A DNA stretch of 64,000 nt from Eledone cirrhosa (Eukaryota): the NCBI GenBank assembly GCA_964016885.1, contig OZ024740.1, forward strand, positions 110,918,001 through 110,982,000, given 5' to 3'. The position numbers were made by a program, and so were the translations under genes. The notes below the pieces were generated by a model. That model did not search any database. It saw only the letters and a program-made list of their open reading frames with translations, and was not told the DNA's origin. Positions 1 through 10,940 of the stretch are shown here, in pieces; position 1 is the first letter of the stretch; every line of letters starts with the position of its first letter.

Positions 1-1569
1 TATGTGTGTTGGTATGTGTTGCTGTGTATGTCTGTGTGTTAATATGTGTGTTGGTATGTGTTACTGTGTGTGTCTGTGTGTTAATATGTCTGTTGGTATG
101 TGCTACTGTGTATGTCTGTGTGTTAATATGTGTGTTGGTATGTATTACTGTGTATGTCTGTGTGTTGGTATGTGTTACCGTGTATGTCTGTGTGTTAATA
201 TATGTGTTGGTATGTGTTACTGTGTATGTCTGTGTGTTAATATGTGTGTTGGTATGTGTTACTGTGTATGTCTGTGTGTTAATATATGTGTTGGTATGTG
301 TTACTCTGTATGTCTGTGTGTTAATATGTGTGTTGGTATGTGTTACTGTGTATGTCTGTGTGATAATACGTGTGTTGGTATGTGTGTTGGTATGTGTTAC
401 TGTGTATGTCTGTGTGTTAATATGTGTGTTGGTATGTGTTACTGTGTATGTATGTGTGTTAATATGTGTGTTGGTATGTGTTACTGTGTATGTCTGTGTG
501 TTAATACGTGTGTTGGTATGTGTTACTTTGTATGACTTTGTGTTAATGTGTGTGTTGGTATGTGTTACTGTGTATGTCTGTGTGTTAATATGTGTGTTGG
601 TATGTGTTACTGTGTATGTCTGTGTGTTAATATGTGTGTTGGTATGTGTTACTGTGTATGTCTGTGTGTTAATATGTGTGTTGGTATGTGTTACTGTGTA
701 TGTCTGTGTGTTAATGTGTGTTGGTATTTGTTACTGTGTCTGTTTGTGTGTTAATATGTATGTTGGTATGTGTTACTGTGTATGTCTGTGTGTTAATATG
801 GGTGTTGGTATGTGTTACTGTGTGTGTCTGTGTGTTAATATGTGTGTTGGTATGTGTTACTGTGTATGTCTGTGTGTTAATATGTGTGTTGGTATGTGTT
901 ACTCTGTATGTCTGTGTGTTAATGTGTGTTGGTATGTGTTACTGTGTATGTCTGTGTGTTAATATGTGTGTTGGTATGTGTTACTGTGTATGTCTGTGTG
1001 TTAATATGTGTTGGTATGTGTTACTGTGTATGTCTGTGTGTTAATATGTGTGTTGGTATGTGTTACTGTGTATGTCTGTGTGTTAATGTGTGTTGGTATG
1101 TGTTACTGTGTATGTATGTGTGTTAATATGTATGTTGGTATGTGTTACTGTGTATTTCTGTGTGTTAATGTTTGTTGGTATGTGTTACTGTTTATGTCTG
1201 TGTGTTAATGTGTGTTGGTATGTGTTACTGTGTATGTCTGTGTGTTAATATGTATGTTGGTATGTGTTACTGTGTATGTCTGTGTGTTAATGTGTGTTGG
1301 TATGTGTTACTGTGTATGTCTGTGTGTTAATGTGTGTTGGTATGTGTTACTGTGTATGTCTGTGTGTTAATATGTGTTGGTATGTGTTACTGTGTATGTC
1401 TGTGTGTTAATGTGTGTTGGTATGTGTTACTGTGTATGTCTGTGTGTTAATATGTATGTTGGTATGTGTTACTGTGTATGTCTGTGTGTTAAAGTGTGTT
1501 GGTATGTGTTACTGTGTATGTCTGTGTGTTAATATATGTGTTGGTATGTGTTACTGTGTATGTCTGTGT

Positions 1570-4500
1570 GTTAATATGTGTGATGGTATGTGTTACTGTG
1601 TATGTCTGTGTGTTAATATGTGTGTTGGTATGTGTTACTGTGTATGTCTGTGTGTTAATATATGTTTTGGTATGTGTTACTGTGTATGTCTGTGTGTTAA
1701 TATGTGTGTTGGTATGTGTTACTGTGTATGTCTGTGTTAATATGTGTGTTGGTATGTGTTACTGTGTATGTCTGTGTGTTAATATGTGTGTTGGTATGTG
1801 TTACTGTGTATGTCTGTGTGTTAATATGTGTGTTGGTATGTGTTACTGTGCATGTCTGTGTGTTAATATATGTGTTGGTATGCGTTACTGTGTATGTCTG
1901 TGTGCTAATATGTGTGTTGGTATGTGTTACTGTGTATGTATGTGTGTTAATATGTGTGTTGGTATGTGTTACTGTGTATGTCTGTGTGTTAATATATGTG
2001 TTGGTATGTGTTACTGTGTATGTCTGTGTGTTAATATGTGTGTTGGTATGTGTTACTGTGTATGTCTGTGTGTTAATATGTGTGTTGGTATGTGTTACTG
2101 TGTATGTCTGTGTGTTTATATGTGTGTTGGTATGTGTTACTGTGTATGTCCTTGTGTTAATATGTGTGTTGGTATGTGTTATTGTGTATGTCTGTGTGTT
2201 AATATGTGTGTTGGTATGTGTTACTGTGTATGTCTGTGTGTTAATATGTGTGTTGGTATGTGTTACCGTTTATGTCTGTGTGTTAATATATGTGTTGGTA
2301 TGTGTTACTGTGTATGTCTGTGTGTTAATATGTGTGTTGGTATGTGTTACTGTGTATGTCCGTGCGTTAATATGTGTGTTGTTATGTGTTAGTGTGTATG
2401 TCTGTGTGTTAATATATGTGTTGGTATGTGTTACTGTGTATGTCTGTGTGTTAATGTGTGTGTTGGTATGTGTTACTGTGTATGTCTGTGTGTTAATATG
2501 TGTGTTGTTATGTGTTACTGTGTATGTCTGTGTGTTAATGTGTGTTGGTATGTGTTACTGTGTATGTCTGTGTGTTAATGTGTGTGTTGGTATGTGTTAC
2601 TGTGTATTTCTGTGTGTTAATGTGTGTTGGTATGTGTTACTCTGTATGTCTGTGTGTTAATATGTGTTGGTATGTGTTACTGTGTATGTCTGTGTGTTAA
2701 TGTGTGTGTTGGTATGTGTTACTGTGTATGTCTGTGTGTTAATATGTGTGTTGGTATGTGTTACTGTGTATGTCTGTGTGTTAATGTGTGTGTTGGTATG
2801 TGTTACTGTGTATGTCTGTGTGTTAATGTGTGTGTTTGTATGTGCTACTGTGTATGTCTGTGTGTTAATATGTGTGTTGGTATGTGTTACTGTGTATGTC
2901 TGTGTGTTAATATGTCTGTTGGTATGTGTTACTGTGTATGTCTGTGGGTTAATATGTCTGTTGGTATGTGTTACTGTGTATGTCTGTGTGTTAATGTGTG
3001 TTGGTATGTGTTACTGTGTATGTCTGTGTGTTAATATGTATGTTGGTATGTGTTACTGTGTATGTCTGTGTGTTAATATGTGTTGGTATGTGTTACTGTG
3101 TATGTCTGTGTGTTAATAAGTGTGTTGGTATGTGTTACTGTGTATGTCTGAGTGTTAATGTATGTTGGTATGTGTTACTGTGTATGTATGTGTGTTAATA
3201 TGTGTGTTGGTATGTGTTACTGTGTATGTCTGTGTGTTAATATGTGTGTTGGTATGTGTTACTGTGTATGTCTGTGTGTTAATGTGTGTGTTGGTATGTG
3301 TTACTGTGTATGTCTGTGTGTTAATATGTGTGTTGGTATGTGTTACTGTGTATGTCTGTGTGTTAATATGTCTGTTGGTATGTGTTACTGTGTATGTCTG
3401 TGTGTTAATATGTCTGTTGGTATGTGTTACTGTGTATGTCTGTGTGTTAATGTGTGTTGGTATGTGTTACTGTGTATGTCTGTGTGTTAATATGTATGTT
3501 GGTATGTGTTACTGTGTATGTCTGTGTGTTAATATGTGTTGGTATGTGTTACTGTGTATGTCTGTGTGTTAATAAGTGTGTTGGTATGTGTTACTGTGTA
3601 TGTCTGTGTGTTAATGTGTGTTGGTATGTGTTACTGTGTATGTCTGTGTGTTAATGTGTGTTGGTATGTGTTACTGTGTATGTCTGTGTGTTAATATGTG
3701 TGATGGTATGTGTTACTGTGTATGTCTGTGTGTTAATATGTGTGTTGGTATGTGTTACTATGTATGTCTGTGTGTTAATATATGTTTTGGTATGTGTTAC
3801 TTTGTATGTCTGTGTGTTAATATGTGTGTTGGTATGTGTTACTGTGTATGTCTGTGTGTTAATATGTGTGTTGGTATGTGTTACTGTGTATGTCTGTGTG
3901 TTAATATGTGTGTTGGTATGTGTTACTGTGTATGTCTGTGTGTTAATATGTGTGTTGGTATGTGTTACTGTGCATGTCTGTGTGTTAATATATGTGTTGG
4001 TATGCGTTACTGTGTATGTCTGTGTGCTAATATGTGTGTTGGTATGTGTTACTGTGTATGTATGTGTGTTAATATGTGTGTTGGTATGTGTTACTGTGTA
4101 TGTCTGTGTGTTAATATATGTGTTGGTATGTGTTACTGTGTATGTCTGTGTGTTAATATGTGTGTTGGTATGTGTTACTGTGTATGTCTGTGTGTTAATA
4201 TGTGTGTTGGTATGTGTTACTGTGTATGTCTGTGTGTTAATATGTGTGTTGGTATGTGTTACTGTGTATGTCTGTGTGTTAATATGTGTGTTGGTATGTG
4301 TTATTGTGTATGTCTGTGCGTTAATATGTGTGTTGGTATGTGTTACTGTGTATGTCTGTGTGTTAATATGTGTGTTGGTATGTGTTACCGTTTATGTCTG
4401 TGTGTTAATATATGTGTTGGTATGTGTTACTGTGTATGTCTGTGTGTTAATATGTGTGTTGGTATGTGTTACTGTGTATGTCCGTGCGTTAATATGTGTG

Positions 4501-5810
4501 TTGTTATGTGTTAGTGTGTATGTCTGTGTGTTAATATATGTGTTGGTATGTGTTACTGTGTATGTCTGTGTGTTAATGTGTGTGTTGGTATGTGTTACTG
4601 TGTATGTCTGTGTGTTAATATGTGTGTTGTTATGTGTTACTGTGTATGTCTGTGTGTTAATGTGTGTTGGTATGTGTTACTGTGTATGTCTGTGTGTTAA
4701 TGTGTGTGTTGGTATGTGTTACTGTGTATTTCTGTGTGTTAATGTGTGTTGGTATGTGTTACTGTGTATGTCTGTGTGTTAATATGTGTTGGTATGTGTT
4801 ACTGTGTATGTCTGTGTGTTAATGTGTGTGTTGGTATGTGTTACTGTGTATGTCTGTGTGTTAATATGTGTGTTGGTATGTGTTACTGTGTATGTCTGTG
4901 TGTTAATGTGTGTGTTGGTATGTGTTAGTGTGTATGTCTGTGTGTTAATGTGTGTGTTGGTATGTGCTACTGTGTATGTTTGTGTGTTAATATGTGTGTT
5001 GGTATGTGTTACTGTATATGTCTGTGTGTTAATATGTCTGTTGGTATGTGTTACTGTGTATGTCTGTGGGTTAATATGTCTGTTGGTATGTGTTACTGTG
5101 TATGTCTGTGTGTTAATGTGTGTTGGTATGTGTTACTGTGTATGTCTGTGTGTTAATATGTATGTTGGTATGTGTTACTGTGTATGTCTGTGTGTTAATA
5201 TGTGTTGGTATGTGTTACTGTGTATGTCTGTGTGTTAATAAGTGTGTTGGTATGTGTTACTGTGTATGTCTGAGTGTTAATGTGTGTTGGTATGTGTTAC
5301 TGTGTATGTATGTGTGTTAATATGTGTGTTGGTATGTGTTACTGTGTATGTCTGTGTGTTAATATGTGTGTTGGTATGTGTTACTGTGTATGTCTGTGTG
5401 TTAATATGTGTGTTGGTATGTGTTACTGTGTATGTCTGTGTGTTAATATGTGTGTTGGTATGTGTTACTGTGTATGTCTGTGTGTTAATATGTCTGTTGG
5501 TATGTGTTACTGTGTATGTCTGTGTGTTAATATGTCTGTTGGTATGTGTTACTGTGTATGTCTGTGTGTTAATGTGTGTTGGTATGTGTTACTGTGTATG
5601 TCTGTGTGTTAATATGTATGTTGGTATGTGTTACTGTGTATGTCTGTGTGTTAATATGTGTTGGTATGTGTTACTGTGTATGTCTGTGTGTTAATAAGTG
5701 TGTTGGTATGTGTTACTGTGTATGTCTGTGTGTTAATGTGTGTTGGTATGTGTTACTGTGTATGTCTGTGTGTTAATGTGTGTTGGTATGTGTTACTGTG
5801 TATGTCTGTG
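1570..5810. repeat. Higher-order tandem duplication, period ~2,122 bp (~51 monomers), two copies
   Basis: ORF-track patterns recur at +2122: 1496/3618, 2624/4746, 2998/5120, 3152/5274, 3454/5576. Rare variants (TGCGTT, ACCGTT, CCGTGCG, GTGGGTT) are shared in the same order. Confidence 0.85.
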
Positions 5811-8800
5811 TGTTAATATGTGTTGGTATGTGTTACTGTGTATGTCTGTGTGTTAATGTGTGTTGGTATGTGTTACTGTGTATGTCTGTGTGTTAATATG
5901 TATGTTGGTATGTGTTACTGTGTATGTCTGTGTGTTAAAGTGTGTTGGTATGTGTTACTGTGTATGTCTGTGTGTTAATATATGTGTTGGTATGTGTTAC
6001 TGTGTATGTCTGTGTGTTAATATGTGTGTTGGTATGTGTTACTGTTTATGTCTGTGTGTTAATGTGTGTTGGTATGTGTTACTGTGTATGTCTGTGTGTT
6101 AATATGTATGTTGGTATGTGTTACTGTGTATGTCTGTGTGTTAATGTGTGTTGGTATGTGTTACTGTGTATGTCTGTGTGTTAATGTGTGTTGGTATGTG
6201 TTACTGTGTATGTCTGTGTGTTAATATGTGTTGGTATGTGTTACTGTGTATGTCTGTGTGTTAATGTGTGTTGGTATGTGTTACTGTGTATGTCTGTGTG
6301 TTAATATGTTTGTTGGTATGTGTTACTGTGTATGTCTGTGTGTTAAAGTGTGTTGGTATGTGTTACTGTGTATGTCTGTGTGTTAATATATGTGTTGGTA
6401 TGTGTTACTGTGTATGTCTGTGTGTTAATATATGTGTTGGTATGTGTTACTGTGTATGTCTGTGTGTTAATATGTGTGTTGGTATGTGTTACTGTTTATG
6501 TCTGTGTGTTAATGTGTGTTGGTATGTGTTACTGTGTATGTCTGTGTGTTAATATGTATGTTGGTATGTGTTACTGTGTATGTCTGTGTGTTAATGTGTG
6601 TTGGTATGTGTTACTGTGTATGTCTGTGTGTTAATATGTGTGTTGGTATGTGTTACCGTTTATGTCTGTGTGTTAATATATGTGTTGGTATGTGTTACTG
6701 TGTATGTCTGTGTGTTAATATGTGTGTTGGTATGTGTTACTGTGTATGTCCGTGCGTTAATATGTGTGTTGTTATGTGTTAGTGTGTATGTCTGTGTGTT
6801 AATATATGTGTTGGTATGTGTTACTGTGTATGTCTGTGTGTTAATGTGTGTGTTGGTATGTGTTACTGTGTATGTCTGTGTGTTAATATGTGTGTTGTTA
6901 TGTGTTACTGTGTATGTCTGTGTGTTAATGTGTGTTGGTATGTGTTACTGTGTATGTCTGTGTGTTAATGTGTGTGTTGGTATGTGTTACTGTGTATTTC
7001 TGTGTGTTAATGTGTGTTGGTATGTGTTACTCTGTATGTCTGTGTGTTAATATGTGTTGGTATGTGTTACTGTGTATGTCTGTGTGTTAATGTGTGTGTT
7101 GGTATGTGTTACTGTGTATGTCTGTGTGTTAATATGTGTGTTGGTATGTGTTACTGTGTATGTCTGTGTGTTAATGTGTGTGTTGGTATGTGTTACTGTG
7201 TATGTCTGTGTGTTAATGTGTGTGTTGGTATGTGCTACTGTGTATGTCTGTGTGTTAATATGTGTGTTGGTATGTGTTACTGTGTATGTCTGTGTGTTAA
7301 TATGTCTGTTGGTATGTGTTACTGTGTATGTCTGTGGGTTAATATGTCTGTTGGTATGTGTTACTGTGTATGTCTGTGTGTTAATGTGTGTTGGTATGTG
7401 TTACTGTGTATGTCTGTGTGTTAATATGTATGTTGGTATGTGTTACTGTGTATGTCTGTGTGTTAATATGTGTTGGTATGTGTTACTGTGTATGTCTGTG
7501 TGTTAATAAGTGTGTTGGTATGTGTTACTGTGTATGTCTGAGTGTTAATGTATGTTGGTATGTGTTACTGTGTATGTATGTGTGTTAATATGTGTGTTGG
7601 TATGTGTTACTGTGTATGTCTGTGTGTTAATATGTGTGTTGGTATGTGTTACTGTGTATGTCTGTGTGTTAATGTGTGTGTTGGTATGTGTTACTGTGTA
7701 TGTCTGTGTGTTAATATGTGTGTTGGTATGTGTTACTGTGTATGTCTGTGTGTTAATATGTCTGTTGGTATGTGTTACTGTGTATGTCTGTGTGTTAATA
7801 TGTCTGTTGGTATGTGTTACTGTGTATGTCTGTGTGTTAATGTGTGTTGGTATGTGTTACTGTGTATGTCTGTGTGTTAATATGTATGTTGGTATGTGTT
7901 ACTGTGTATGTCTGTGTGTTAATATGTGTTGGTATGTGTTACTGTGTATGTCTGTGTGTTAATAAGTGTGTTGGTATGTGTTACTGTGTATGTCTGTGTG
8001 TTAATGTGTGTTGGTATGTGTTACTGTGTATGTCTGTGTGTTAATGTGTGTTGGTATGTGTTACTGTGTATGTCTGTGTGTTAATATGTGTGATGGTATG
8101 TGTTACTGTGTATGTCTGTGTGTTAATATGTGTGTTGGTATGTGTTACTATGTATGTCTGTGTGTTAATATATGTTTTGGTATGTGTTACTGTGTATGTC
8201 TGTGTGTTAATATGTGTGTTGGTATGTGTTACTGTGTATGTCTGTGTGTTAATATGTGTGTTGGTATGTGTTACTGTGTATGTCTGTGTGTTAATATGTG
8301 TGTTGGTATGTGTTACTGTGTATGTCTGTGTGTTAATATGTGTGTTGGTATGTGTTACTGTGCATGTCTGTGTGTTAATATATGTGTTGGTATGCGTTAC
8401 TGTGTATGTCTGTGTGCTAATATGTGTGTTGGTATGTGTTACTGTGTATGTATGTGTGTTAATATGTGTGTTGGTATGTGTTACTGTGTATGTCTGTGTG
8501 TTAATATATGTGTTGGTATGTGTTACTGTGTATGTCTGTGTGTTAATATGTGTGTTGGTATGTGTTACTGTGTATGTCTGTGTGTTAATATGTGTGTTGG
8601 TATGTGTTACTGTGTATGTCTGTGTGTTAATATGTGTGTTGGTATGTGTTACTGTGTATGTCTGTGTGTTAATATGTGTGTTGGTATGTGTTATTGTGTA
8701 TGTCTGTGCGTTAATATGTGTGTTGGTATGTGTTACTGTGTATGTCTGTGTGTTAATATGTGTGTTGGTATGTGTTACCGTTTATGTCTGTGTGTTAATA

Positions 8801-10940
8801 TATGTGTTGGTATGTGTTACTGTGTATGTCTGTGTGTTAATATGTGTGTTGGTATGTGTTACTGTGTATGTCCGTGCGTTAATATGTGTGTTGTTATGTG
8901 TTAGTGTGTATGTCTGTGTGTTAATATATGTGTTGGTATGTGTTACTGTGTATGTCTGTGTGTTAATGTGTGTGTTGGTATGTGTTACTGTGTATGTCTG
9001 TGTGTTAATATGTGTGTTGTTATGTGTTACTGTGTATGTCTGTGTGTTAATGTGTGTTGGTATGTGTTACTGTGTATGTCTGTGTGTTAATGTGTGTGTT
9101 GGTATGTGTTACTGTGTATTTCTGTGTGTTAATGTGTGTTGGTATGTGTTACTGTGTATGTCTGTGTGTTAATATGTGTTGGTATGTGTTACTGTGTATG
9201 TCTGTGTGTTAATGTGTGTGTTGGTATGTGTTACTGTGTATGTCTGTGTGTTAATATGTGTGTTGGTATGTGTTACTGTGTATGTCTGTGTGTTAATGTG
9301 TGTGTTGGTATGTGTTAGTGTGTATGTCTGTGTGTTAATGTGTGTGTTGGTATGTGCTACTGTGTATGTTTGTGTGTTAATATGTGTGTTGGTATGTGTT
9401 ACTGTGTATGTCTGTGTGTTAATGTGTGTTGGTATGTGTTACTGTGTATGTCTGTGTGTTAATATGTATGTTGGTATGTGTTACTGTGTATGTCTGTGTG
9501 TTAATATGTGTTGGTATGTGTTACTGTGTATGTCTGTGTGTTAATAAGTGTGTTGGTATGTGTTACTGTGTATGTCTGAGTGTTAATGTGTGTTGGTATG
9601 TGTTACTGTGTATGTATGTGTGTTAATATGTGTGTTGGTATGTGTTACTGTGTATGTCTGTGTGTTAATATGTGTGTTGGTATGTGTTACTGTGTATGTC
9701 TGTGTGTTAATATGTGTGTTGGTATGTGTTACTGTGTATGTCTGTGTGTTAATATGTGTGTTGGTATGTGTTACTGTGTATGTCTGTGTGTTAATATTTC
9801 TGTTGGTATGTGTTACTGTGTATGTCTGTGTGTTAATATGTCTGTTGGTATGTGTTACTGTGTATGTCTGTGTGTTAATGTGTGTTGGTATGTGTTACTG
9901 TGTATGTCTGTGTGTTAATATGTATGTTGGTATGTGTTACTGTGTATGTCTGTGTGTTAATATGTGTTGGTATGTGTTACTGTGTATGTCTGTGTGTTAA
10001 TAAGTGTGTTGGTATGTGTTACTGTGTATGTCTGTGTGTTAATGTGTGTTGGTATGTGTTACTGTGTATGTCTGTGTGTTAATGTGTGTTGGTATGTGTT
10101 ACTGTGTATGTCTGTGTGTTAATATGTGTTGGTATGTGTTACTGTGTATGTCTGTGTGTTAATGTGTGTTGGTATGTGTTACTGTGTATGTCTGTGTGTT
10201 AATATGTATGTTGGTATGTGTTACTGTGTATGTCTGTGTGTTAAAGTGTGTTGGTATGTGTTACTGTGTATGTCTGTGTGTTAATATATGTGTTGGTATG
10301 TGTTACTGTGTATGTCTGTGTGTTAATATGTGTGTTGGTATGTGTTACTGTTTATGTCTGTGTGTTAATGTGTGTTGGTATGTGTTACTGTGTATGTCTG
10401 TGTGTTAATATGTATGTTGGTATGTGTTACTGTGTATGTCTGTGTGTTAATGTGTGTTGGTATGTGTTACTGTGTATGTCTGTGTGTTAATGTGTGTTGG
10501 TATGTGTTACTGTGTATGTCTGTGTGTTAATATGTGTTGGTATGTGTTACTGTGTATGTCTGTGTGTTAATGTGTGTTGGTATGTGTTACTGTGTATGTC
10601 TGTGTGTTAATATGTTTGTTGGTATGTGTTACTGTGTATGTCTGTGTGTTAAAGTGTGTTGGTATGTGTTACTGTGTATGTCTGTGTGTTAATATATGTG
10701 TTGGTATGTGTTACTGTGTATGTCTGTGTGTTAATATATGTGTTGGTATGTGTTACTGTGTATGTCTGTGTGTTAATATGTGTGTTGGTATGTGTTACTG
10801 TTTATGTCTGTGTGTTAATGTGTGTTGGTATGTGTTACTGTGTATGTCTGTGTGTTAATATGTATGTTGGTATGTGTTACTGTGTATGTCTGTGTGTTAA
10901 TGTGTGTTGGTATGTGTTACTGTGTATGTCTGTGTGTTAA
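2245..10940. repeat. Higher-order tandem duplication, period 4,390 bp (4,306 bp after a two-monomer deletion near 9,400)
   Basis: Offsets are +4390 (2624/7014, 3618/8008, 4746/9136), then +4306 (5120/9426, 5860/10166, 6268/10574). The junction is near 6,635, where the ACCGTT monomer reappears. Confidence 0.85.

Noticed and set aside
39-42. TTAA in every monomer as a piggyBac target site or transposon footprint
   Set aside because: There are no terminal inverted repeats, transposase or inserted sequence anywhere. TTAA is simply part of the monomer.
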